From the NCBI GenBank assembly GCA_045660365.1, contig JAZRDQ010000008.1, positions 72,506-136,505 on the forward strand: 64,000 nt of DNA. Direction: 5' to 3'. This stretch comes from Bacteroidaceae bacterium (GTDB lineage: Bacteria > Bacteroidota > Bacteroidia > Bacteroidales > Bacteroidaceae). This document shows, one piece after another, positions 9,912 to 18,610 of the stretch; positions within the stretch are counted from its first letter, which is position 1; each line of letters starts with the position of its first letter. A program made the position numbers and the translations under genes. The notes beneath the pieces are model-generated. The model was not told the origin of the DNA, made no database searches, and saw only the letters and a program-made list of their open reading frames with translations.

Positions 9912-10892
9912 ATGAAACGGTTTTATTACATTTTGTTAACACTGCTTCCAGCCTTTATGGCTTGTGCAGAGAGAGAGTTCGACTTTGTGCCAGAAGAGAT
10001 TGGATTCAAAGCTGTAACTCGTAACGCAACCAAAGCTAATGTCTTTGGTACAATTGGTACAGCCTATAATGATGTGGAGCATTTTGGCGTGTATGCTTTT
10101 CATGAAGTTTCTGCAGATTCATGGGCTTCGGCTCCATATATGAATAATGTGGAAATAGAAAAAGATACGTTGGACGGATTATGGAGAAATCTGGAGAAGA
10201 AGTATTTCTGGCCATCAGAAGGCAAATTGACTTTTGCATGTTATAGTCCTTATGTGTTTGAAGGAACAGTATCGGCATCGCAAGAAACAGGTATTACAGT
10301 TACTGGATATCTTGCATCGGCAAATGTAAAGCAGCAGATAGATCTTATGGCTTCCGATCTTATAACAGGTTATGATAATAATGTATCGCCAGTTCCGGTA
10401 ACTTTCCGCCATCTGTTGTCGCAGATCAAGTTCAAGGCTCAGAGTAACTTTAACTATTCTGCAGGAACAAATGTGAGTGGCATAACCATAGATAGTTTAA
10501 TAATAGATGGTTTAAATACCAAAGCCGATTATGCTACAACAGACGGCAGACGTGAAAATGGCGCATGGAGTAACTTATCGGACCCAAAGGAGTATTGCGT
10601 GTTGGATAGTGCTGTACAATTGGTTTTAGATGGTAAGAGCCCAGTGGATGTTGGAATACCAATCCTGCCAATTCCTCAGGATATAAGCCAGAGCAATTCT
10701 GTAAAGATTGTATATACCATAACATTTGACAATGGTAGTAAATCTACCGATACCAGATATTTCTCAACTGTTAATGAATGGCAGATAGGATTTATTTACA
10801 CCTATACGATTAAAATAGGATTGAACGAGATTTCATTTGTTCCGAATGTAGAAAAATGGGATTTGGCAAACAATGTTGATGTTGAGATTTAA
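9912..10892 (+). CDS. Fimbrillin-like lipoprotein, paralog 2
   Basis: Lipobox FMAC. Blocks: EIGFKAV..ATKA, KYFWP, DLMAS, FRHLLSQIKF, PIPQ, YTYTIKIGLNEISFVPNVEKW. Confidence 0.7.
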   Translation: MKRFYYILLTLLPAFMACAEREFDFVPEEIGFKAVTRNATKANVFGTIGTAYNDVEHFGVYAFHEVSADSWASAPYMNNVEIEKDTLDGLWRNLEKKYFWPSEGKLTFACYSPYVFEGTVSASQETGITVTGYLASANVKQQIDLMASDLITGYDNNVSPVPVTFRHLLSQIKFKAQSNFNYSAGTNVSGITIDSLIIDGLNTKADYATTDGRRENGAWSNLSDPKEYCVLDSAVQLVLDGKSPVDVGIPILPIPQDISQSNSVKIVYTITFDNGSKSTDTRYFSTVNEWQIGFIYTYTIKIGLNEISFVPNVEKWDLANNVDVEI

Positions 10893-10933
10893 AAAGTAAA
10901 ACCGTAACATATATATAATAAGGAGAAACAATT

Positions 10934-11935
10934 ATGAAAAGAAAGAATATACTGGCAATAGCAGTAGCATCATTAGCAATGATTGCATGTACACAGAATG
11001 AAATAGGTACACCAGAACTTAACGAAGTAGGCTTTAAAGCTGTAGTACGTAAAAATACAAAGGCTATAATAACAGGTACCACTTTTACTGAAAATTTAAA
11101 GTTCAAGGTATGGGGCTTCTATACACAGGAAGGCGATTTTTCAGAGCTGACTGCTGCTGCAGCACCTAACTTTATGAAGGGCGTTGAGATTTCATATATA
11201 GAAAGCGAACAGAAATGGCGCAATGAAACAAACCACTACTACTGGCCAAGCCAGGGTAAGGTTGGCTTCTATGCATTCTATCCTGAAACCTTAACACCAT
11301 CATTTGAATGGGGTACCGGTGCAACAATTGCAGACTATAATCTTACACCAAACAATCAGCTTGTTGATGTAATGTATGCATACAATGTTGGTCCCGATCA
11401 GGCTGCTTTGCCAATGGTATTTAACCATGCACTGAGCCAGATAGAGTTCCGTTATCAGACTAATGCTGCTTACAGCGATGTAACAGTTAAGATTAACTCT
11501 GTAACATTCAAAGGTGTGGATTTGACAGCCGATTTCAACTTTAACGCATCTGCACAGAATGCAACAGCTGAATGGAGCAAAAACACAACTCAGACATCGG
11601 ATTATGTATATTACAACACATTGAGCGATGCAGCTGCAGAAACCGCAACCGGTGCTAATGCTGCAACATACGGTGCACCATTACTGTTTATCCCTCAGGT
11701 GGCATCTGAAGCTGAACTGGTATTCACAGTGTCAATGCTCAATACAGACGACATTACATATACAACAACAATCAACCTTGATCCTGAACTCAGCGCAGCA
11801 AATGCTGCAACAGGCAGTTGGGTTTTGGGTAAGAAATATATCTACACTCTTAACTTTAAGTTAGACGAAATCAACTTTGCTCCAAGTATTACAGACTGGG
11901 TTGATGTAGTGGTAGAGACTATAGACATTGAATAA
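10934..11935 (+). CDS. Fimbrillin-like lipoprotein, paralog 3
   Basis: Lipobox MIAC. Blocks: VGFKAV..NTKA, HYYWP, DVMYAY, FNHALSQIEF, FIPQ, KYIYTLNFKLDEINFAPSITDW. Confidence 0.7.
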   Translation: MKRKNILAIAVASLAMIACTQNEIGTPELNEVGFKAVVRKNTKAIITGTTFTENLKFKVWGFYTQEGDFSELTAAAAPNFMKGVEISYIESEQKWRNETNHYYWPSQGKVGFYAFYPETLTPSFEWGTGATIADYNLTPNNQLVDVMYAYNVGPDQAALPMVFNHALSQIEFRYQTNAAYSDVTVKINSVTFKGVDLTADFNFNASAQNATAEWSKNTTQTSDYVYYNTLSDAAAETATGANAATYGAPLLFIPQVASEAELVFTVSMLNTDDITYTTTINLDPELSAANAATGSWVLGKKYIYTLNFKLDEINFAPSITDWVDVVVETIDIE

Positions 11936-11950
11936 AAAAAAAGACAAGAT

Positions 11951-12997
11951 ATGAAAAAGATTCTTTTGTTGATGAGCACTGCAATGTTACTATTTGCAGG
12001 TTGCGCAAAGGAGGAGCTGACATCAGATCCTCAGGAGATAGGTTTCCGTGCCTATACATTCAAGCAGACCAAAGCTCCTATTGAAGGTGCTGTTTATGGT
12101 GAAACTGATCCAATGTTCAGAGTATTTGCTGCATTGGTAAGAGAAGGAGATTATGCAGTTAAATATGCTTCTTCTGAAAAGTATTTTGAAACAGATGTAA
12201 AATACGATGGTTCAGCCAACTACAAAATCTGGAGACCATGGTCCGGAACTGATTTTATAAAGTATTACTGGCCAATGGAGGGATCTCTGACATTTGTTGC
12301 AGTATCTCCTACTGATGCAACAAGTGCATTTAATAACACAACAGCAACACTTACTGTTACTGATTTTTCATTATCAACAGATGTTGCAGCACAGGCTGAC
12401 TTAATGTATACAAAGATAGCCGATGCTGATAATCTGACTGCAAATACAACTGCATATACAGGTTCAACCAAAAACGGTGTACCAGTAGTGTTTAACCATG
12501 CACTCTCACAAATAAGATTCAAGGCTTATAACAAGGAGGCTGCAGCCAATACAATACAGATTGATAATATTCAGCTGACAAATGTAGCAAACAAGGGAAC
12601 TCTTACAGTTGTTAATGATGCTGTCAGCAATGTTACTCCTTCTGTAGATGGCTGGCTTACAACAACCGACAGCGATGCAGATTTTGTATCTCTTTCAACT
12701 GCAAAAGAAACAACCGGAACAGCTGAAGAATTTGGTCTTCCTGTAATGACGTTGCCTCAGACATTGGCCGATGATATTATGCTGAAGGTTACATATACCA
12801 TGACACATATTAATGGAGAAGATGTTCCGGATACACAGAAAACAGTGTCAAAGAAACTTAGCGAAGTTGTAGGAGCCCAGCTGAATGCAAACAAAAAATA
12901 TACAATTACATTGGGAATTGGTGCCGATGAGATTCTGTTCTCACCAAGTGTAACTGTATGGTCCGATACAGCAGCAGACGAGAGATTTGATTTTTAA
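11951..12997 (+). CDS. Fimbrillin-like lipoprotein, paralog 4
   Basis: Lipobox FAGC. Blocks: EIGFRA..QTKA, KYYWP, DLMY, FNHALSQIRF, TLPQ, KYTITLGIGADEILFSPSVTVW. Confidence 0.7.
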   Translation: MKKILLLMSTAMLLFAGCAKEELTSDPQEIGFRAYTFKQTKAPIEGAVYGETDPMFRVFAALVREGDYAVKYASSEKYFETDVKYDGSANYKIWRPWSGTDFIKYYWPMEGSLTFVAVSPTDATSAFNNTTATLTVTDFSLSTDVAAQADLMYTKIADADNLTANTTAYTGSTKNGVPVVFNHALSQIRFKAYNKEAAANTIQIDNIQLTNVANKGTLTVVNDAVSNVTPSVDGWLTTTDSDADFVSLSTAKETTGTAEEFGLPVMTLPQTLADDIMLKVTYTMTHINGEDVPDTQKTVSKKLSEVVGAQLNANKKYTITLGIGADEILFSPSVTVWSDTAADERFDF

Positions 12998-13024
12998 AAT
13001 AATAATCCTGTAATAGATAAAACT

Positions 13025-14134
13025 ATGAAAAAAAGTATGTTTATAGCTGCAATGGCTGCAATGGTTTTTGCCGGTTGTGCAAAGGATGAATCAATGGTTG
13101 AACCACAGGAGATAGGTTTCCAGCCGGTAGCATATAAGGCTGCTCAGACAAAGGCTAATGTAATTACATCAGCTACATATCCAACAGATGCACCAACATT
13201 TGGTCTGTTTGCTTATCAGTTAACAACAGGTACATTCGATGCAAATAAAGCATCTGCACAATTGTATATAGATAATAAGGAAGTCCGTTATGAAGATAGC
13301 AATTGGCGTACATATCCAAAGAGTTACTGGCCATTGCAGGGTTCATTAACATTTATAGCCTATTCACCATATTCAGAAAACGGTAAGGCTTCACATGAGA
13401 TTACTAATTCTGGAAATTCTGTTTTGACAATAGCAGGTTTCCAGGTTGGTATTACAAAAGAAGAACAGAAAGATTTGATGTGGAGTTATCTTTCAAAAGA
13501 CAAAACTTCAAATGGTACGGAGAATAACTATCCGGAAGCATCACCAACTTATGCAGGTGTGCCAATTCTGTTTAACCATGCACTTTGCCGTATAAAGATT
13601 ACTGCAAAAACTGCAGCAGACTATAGCAGTTTTGCAACATATAAAATAAAGAAGATAGAGGTTGCGAACCTTAAGGATAATGCAACACTGACAGTAACTG
13701 ACGATGTTGCAAGCTGGACAGCTCCAACAACTGCATTGGGTACAGCAAGTGGTAGTGATAAAGTGTTTGATTTCTTTGCTCCAGGTGCCGAAGCAAATTA
13801 CGTAACATTGAATTCTACTACTGCATCTGCAGTAAATTATAAGAGCGAAGAGGCTACAGGCAATGGTCTTTTGGCAATTCCTCAAACACTTGATGCAAAC
13901 GTGAAGTTGTTGGTAACATACACTATGACAGTAGATCCTGATGGTGCAGGCATTGCTCCTGCTGTTGTTACTGAGATTACAAAGCCTGTAACATTAAATA
14001 CACAATTGGCTTCATTGGAGCAGAATAAGGTTTACACATTGAATCTGAGCATCTCTGCAAACGAAATTCTCTATTCACCAGATGTTATTGACTGGACTCC
14101 ACAGGGTGCAGAATATGCAGTACCAGAAGTATAA
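13025..14134 (+). CDS. Fimbrillin-like lipoprotein, paralog 5
   Basis: Lipobox FAGC. Blocks: EIGFQPV..QTKA, SYWPLQGSLTFIAYSP, DLMWS, FNHALCRIKI, AIPQ, VYTLNLSISANEILYSPDVIDW. Confidence 0.7.
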   Translation: MKKSMFIAAMAAMVFAGCAKDESMVEPQEIGFQPVAYKAAQTKANVITSATYPTDAPTFGLFAYQLTTGTFDANKASAQLYIDNKEVRYEDSNWRTYPKSYWPLQGSLTFIAYSPYSENGKASHEITNSGNSVLTIAGFQVGITKEEQKDLMWSYLSKDKTSNGTENNYPEASPTYAGVPILFNHALCRIKITAKTAADYSSFATYKIKKIEVANLKDNATLTVTDDVASWTAPTTALGTASGSDKVFDFFAPGAEANYVTLNSTTASAVNYKSEEATGNGLLAIPQTLDANVKLLVTYTMTVDPDGAGIAPAVVTEITKPVTLNTQLASLEQNKVYTLNLSISANEILYSPDVIDWTPQGAEYAVPEV

Positions 14135-14169
14135 TAAGTTTAAATTGCGAATAAATAAAACAGAAAAAT

Positions 14170-15192
14170 ATGAAAAAGAGTCTATTTTTAGCAGCTATTG
14201 CTACCATAGCATTAGCAAGCTGTACTCAGAATGAATTAACTGTTGAGAGACAGGAGATTGGTTTCTCACCATTGCAGTATAAGGCCGTAAATTCAAAGAC
14301 TATAATAACAGGTAACAAATATCCTTCAAGCCTTCCTTTTGGTTTGTATGCATACCATACTGATGGAACAAACAATAAAGTGTATATAAATAATGCAACC
14401 TGTTCATATGATGAAACAGCTAAAACCTTTGTTTCTAATCCGGTTGCATATTGGCCATTGTCAGGTTCTTTAGGTATGGTTGCATGGTCACCAAAGACGA
14501 TTGCCGCTACATATGAATTAGCTAACAAAAAATTAAGTGTACCATTTGTGGCAGCAGGCAGTGAAGCTAATCCAGTTGATTTAATGTATTCAACTCCATT
14601 ATCTGGATTGGACAAAACTAAACAAACAGTAAATTATGCACCTGAAGATGGTAGTAGTGTTACTGGTGGTGGTGCAGGTGTTGGTATTACATTTAACCAC
14701 GCACTATCTCAGATTGTAGTAAATGCAAAAGTGGCAGATACCTATACAGGTGCAGATTATAAAATTACAGGATTGTCTCTTCAAGGTATGGACGATAATA
14801 ACACTCTGACTGTAACGGAGGCTGCAAGTCCGGTAGCATCCTGGGGAACTGCTTCAGTCAACAATGCAACATTCTCTATCTTTAGCGGCACTACTGAAAC
14901 TTTAGTCACAGGAGGTGCAGATGTAGGTTCTGCAGTGTTGGTTATCCCACAAGCGTTGACTGCAAGTAAGCAAAAGTTGGTGGTAGCTTATCAGATGACA
15001 TACAATGGAGTTACAACATCTACAAGCAGGGATGTTTTCCTGAATTCAGGTGCATCACCATTAACAGCATTGGCTATGGGTAAGAAATATACATTAAACT
15101 TAACCATTTCTGCTGATAAGATTCTGTATTCACCTTCTGTTGCAGAAGATTGGGATACAACTACACCTGCAAAGGATTACGGAGTACAGTAA
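14170..15192 (+). CDS. Fimbrillin-like lipoprotein, paralog 6
   Basis: Lipobox LASC. Blocks: EIGFSPL..NSKT, AYWPLSGSLGMVAWSP, DLMYS, FNHALSQIVV, VIPQ, KYTLNLTISADKILYSPSVAEDW. Confidence 0.7.
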   Translation: MKKSLFLAAIATIALASCTQNELTVERQEIGFSPLQYKAVNSKTIITGNKYPSSLPFGLYAYHTDGTNNKVYINNATCSYDETAKTFVSNPVAYWPLSGSLGMVAWSPKTIAATYELANKKLSVPFVAAGSEANPVDLMYSTPLSGLDKTKQTVNYAPEDGSSVTGGGAGVGITFNHALSQIVVNAKVADTYTGADYKITGLSLQGMDDNNTLTVTEAASPVASWGTASVNNATFSIFSGTTETLVTGGADVGSAVLVIPQALTASKQKLVVAYQMTYNGVTTSTSRDVFLNSGASPLTALAMGKKYTLNLTISADKILYSPSVAEDWDTTTPAKDYGVQ

Positions 15193-15363
15193 TTGCAAAG
15201 AGACTTATAGTACAAGCATTTTACAGAAGAATGCAGAAAGAATATTGATGTTGATTTTGGATGGACTTATGCCGATGAGGTTAGTAAATGACTAATTAAT
15301 TCGTAAAGTCAAGCCAGAAGGCATCAGAAGTCAGTGTAATAAAAAAGTATAAAAGTAAAAGAG

Positions 15364-16470
15364 ATGAATAGGATGTGCAATAGATATTTTAGACTAATAG
15401 TGTTGTTTACAACAATGCTATTGGTGGTGTCGTGTACATTGGATAAACCGGAACCACTGGACAGAAAGGAGAGTATGTCATTCCAGCCGGTAGTAAATAT
15501 GTCACGTACATCGAAAGCAATAATCCAGGGCACAGAATATCCGGCAGCTGAAAGTTTCTTTGTTAGCGCATACTATTATACTAACAATGCCGATGCTCAG
15601 CCACATACAACCTATATCAATAAAAATGAAGTAACCAGAAACGGAACAGTGTGGAGTACCACTACAGATTACTACTGGCCATTGTCGGGCTATATGGATT
15701 TTGTAGCATATTCACCAGGCAGCGTAAATGCTGAAATTGATAAAGATGGAGTAAGTATCCGGAACTTTGGATATGTAATTGATACTCCGGAAAAGACAAG
15801 GGTGGATTTCATGTACTATAAAACAGATGAAAAAGTTTCCTGTGCAACACATCCATCTGCTGTAGGTGTTACATTTAAACATGCGCTTACTCAGGTTGCA
15901 TTCAAAGTGGAACCACAAGCGTATTACACAACAACGGCTGCTGACGGCACAACAAACCAGGTTACCATAACAGTAGATAAGATATCGTTGAAGAACATCT
16001 ATTTTAAAGGTAGCTTTAATCAGAACGCAACCCCTCAGTGGGATGTTTACGATGAAGAGGATCAAAAGATCTATCATGATGCATGTCTGACAAACTACGC
16101 TTTATTGAACAAGGATTCAGGCCATGGAACTGAATTAAAGTATGATGGAGAAAATCCAAAGAGTGTTCCTATTATGCTGGACCAGAACACAGAACTTGCA
16201 GCACTGCTGATTCCGCAAACGTTGAATCAGAATGCAGCGCTCGATGTAACATACTCTGTTACTCAAAAAACAACAAAAGGCGATAAAGTAATAGTAGAAC
16301 CATATACTATCACTTTCAATAACTCAATTCTCATTCAGGGTAATCCACAACAGGTACTTCAGATGGGAAAGAAACTGGTATATAATATTCGTATTGGCCT
16401 TGACGCTATATCACTGGAAGCAACATACGGTGACTGGTCGGGCAACGAAGAGAATGTTGAACCACAATAA
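15364..16470 (+). CDS. Fimbrillin-like lipoprotein, paralog 7 (first gene after a 171-nt gap)
   Basis: Lipobox VVSC. Blocks: MSFQPV..TSKA, YYWPLSGYMDFVAYSP, DFMYY, FKHALTQVAF, LIPQ, LVYNIRIGLDAISLEATYGDW. Confidence 0.65.
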   Translation: MNRMCNRYFRLIVLFTTMLLVVSCTLDKPEPLDRKESMSFQPVVNMSRTSKAIIQGTEYPAAESFFVSAYYYTNNADAQPHTTYINKNEVTRNGTVWSTTTDYYWPLSGYMDFVAYSPGSVNAEIDKDGVSIRNFGYVIDTPEKTRVDFMYYKTDEKVSCATHPSAVGVTFKHALTQVAFKVEPQAYYTTTAADGTTNQVTITVDKISLKNIYFKGSFNQNATPQWDVYDEEDQKIYHDACLTNYALLNKDSGHGTELKYDGENPKSVPIMLDQNTELAALLIPQTLNQNAALDVTYSVTQKTTKGDKVIVEPYTITFNNSILIQGNPQQVLQMGKKLVYNIRIGLDAISLEATYGDWSGNEENVEPQ

Positions 16471-16475
16471 TTGGT

Positions 16476-17534
16476 ATGAGAAGATTTAGATACATATATA
16501 ATTGTACTTTGTTATTGGCAGTATCTCTGTTAATGGCATTGTCAGTATCGTGCAGTCGGGAAGATATAGACTTTTCGGAGAAGATTCCTATATCATTCAC
16601 AAGTAGTGTGGATAATTCAACAAAGGCATTGATAAGTGATGTTGCGGGTATTCAAACTACTGGATTTGGAGTAACTGCATATATAAATCAGAACAGTTCA
16701 TGGTTACCGGTAATGAATAACCAGAAGGTAGTTTATTCTGGTGGTAAGTGGGGATATTCTCCAGTATCATACTGGTCAAAAAATGATAGCTACACTTTTG
16801 CAGCTTATGCTCCTTATGGTTCTGCAACAGTTAATCTTAGTGTAGCAACAATGACGTTTGCTGATGTTCCCCGCTATCAGAATGTAATGACAGATGCAGA
16901 AAAAGCTAATGCAAAAGATATATTGACCGATGTAAAGAGTGGTTCATACAACAGCGAATTCAGAAATGGTGAAGTGCAGTTTGAACTGAAACATGAACTT
17001 GCTTATCTGGAAATCCGTGCAGTTAAGGCAGATATTGCAAGCATGAGAGATGTTACGTTTAAAGTAGCATCCCTTACATTGGGCGATGCACAGGATAAAA
17101 TGGCATCAACTGGTAACTGCACTTTTGTTAAAGGTATTCTGGATAATAATAAAACTACCTGGGGTACTACATCTTATACAGGCGATGGTAAATATACAAT
17201 AATAGGCTCTCTTTTGGATACCCCAATTCCAAATGAAGTTGATAAAAATCCATTGGTTTTATCACAAATGCTTATAGCCCCATTTGAATTTGGTGGAACT
17301 GAGGTTTCTCATAGTCTGCCATTCAATATTAGGTATAATAAGAATGATGGTAAAAATACTCCTTCAAACCACGATATTAAAGGTCATGCTATTACAATTA
17401 AAAAGTTTGAAGCGGGTAAAAAATATATAGTAACACTCAGATTCAACACAGCATCCAAGGTTGAAATAAATACAGTGGTGGTAGAGGACTGGACTGCAGG
17501 CACAACTTACGAACCTCCTGTATTTAACTGGTAA
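16476..17534 (+). CDS. Fimbrillin-like lipoprotein, paralog 8 (divergent)
   Basis: Lipobox SVSC. Blocks: ISFTS..STKA, SYWSKNDSYTFAAYAPY, FELKHELAYLEI, KYIVTLRF...VVVEDW. Confidence 0.6.
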   Translation: MRRFRYIYNCTLLLAVSLLMALSVSCSREDIDFSEKIPISFTSSVDNSTKALISDVAGIQTTGFGVTAYINQNSSWLPVMNNQKVVYSGGKWGYSPVSYWSKNDSYTFAAYAPYGSATVNLSVATMTFADVPRYQNVMTDAEKANAKDILTDVKSGSYNSEFRNGEVQFELKHELAYLEIRAVKADIASMRDVTFKVASLTLGDAQDKMASTGNCTFVKGILDNNKTTWGTTSYTGDGKYTIIGSLLDTPIPNEVDKNPLVLSQMLIAPFEFGGTEVSHSLPFNIRYNKNDGKNTPSNHDIKGHAITIKKFEAGKKYIVTLRFNTASKVEINTVVVEDWTAGTTYEPPVFNW

Positions 17535-17547
17535 AATAGGATAGATA

Positions 17548-18597
17548 ATGAACAGATATATTGACAAAATATTCGGAAAGTGGTTACTACTAGCGCTGTT
17601 TATGGTGCTGGCAGTGGGCTGTGCACAGGAATTCGATGAATGGGATAATGGTGTAAAGATAGAGTTTACTACACCTCATCTGCAGGATTTACAGGTAGAG
17701 ACCAGAGCAGTTTCAGGATATAGTGGAACCATATCCGGTAGTTCAAGCATGGGTGTTTTTGTTAGGGGAATTGTGAATGAAAGTACCATTACTTACAATG
17801 GCAGCAGCTGGGAATCGTCACTTAAACTGGATCCTGCTACATATAATATCTATTCATACATACCAAAGCGTAGCGGTGTGTCATTTAATGCAACAGGCAG
17901 CTACCCTGTAATCACTTTTACAGACGTACCATTTATAACAGATCAGGAGATACTTATCTCTTCCGGTGCAGTAGCAGAAACAGTTACATCAGATGGCGGT
18001 GTTTTTACTCCAAACGACATAACTGGCAGCTTATCTAAAAACAGTTATTCAATACGGGTAGAATCGAAAGAGAACTCCAGGAACTATGTAACCTTTATGA
18101 TGGACAGGGTTATGGCAAAGGTAATCCTGAACTTTAAAGTTCACAGCAAGTATGATGCAATCAGAACTGTAAAGATTAAGAAGGTAACATTGCAGCCAAC
18201 CAGTATTGTTGATATAGCATGTACATTAACCGATAAGGAGATAACATATCAGGGAAGTTCCACACAGTCAGCAACCTTATCTCCATTGGTGTATGACCAT
18301 AGTGGATTTGAGGTAGAAACTGATGCTGATGATGCAAATCCATTTGCAACATTCTATAGTGTACCTGGTGTTGAAAGTACAGTTAAGATGACAGTGGTTT
18401 ATGATGTTTATGATAAGTCGGGTACTTTGATTCGTGCCGATCAGGAGGTTACCAATGCATCAATCAAACTAATAGAATCGGGTACGTTACAGCGTGCCAA
18501 AGAGTATAAACTGAATATAAATATTGTGCCAACATATCTCTATTCTTTAAGCGATACAGATAAGGAAAGTGTTATGTTGATACAGTACAGTAATTAA
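17548..18597 (+). CDS. Fimbrillin-like lipoprotein, paralog 9 (most divergent; possible adaptor or tip-type subunit)
   Basis: Lipobox AVGC. Blocks: IEFTT...ETRA, MDRVMAKVILNF, EYKLNINIVP. It lacks the YYWP block and the terminal EIxFxPxVxDW strand. Confidence 0.5.
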   Translation: MNRYIDKIFGKWLLLALFMVLAVGCAQEFDEWDNGVKIEFTTPHLQDLQVETRAVSGYSGTISGSSSMGVFVRGIVNESTITYNGSSWESSLKLDPATYNIYSYIPKRSGVSFNATGSYPVITFTDVPFITDQEILISSGAVAETVTSDGGVFTPNDITGSLSKNSYSIRVESKENSRNYVTFMMDRVMAKVILNFKVHSKYDAIRTVKIKKVTLQPTSIVDIACTLTDKEITYQGSSTQSATLSPLVYDHSGFEVETDADDANPFATFYSVPGVESTVKMTVVYDVYDKSGTLIRADQEVTNASIKLIESGTLQRAKEYKLNINIVPTYLYSLSDTDKESVMLIQYSN

Positions 18598-18610
18598 ATA
18601 GAAATATAAG

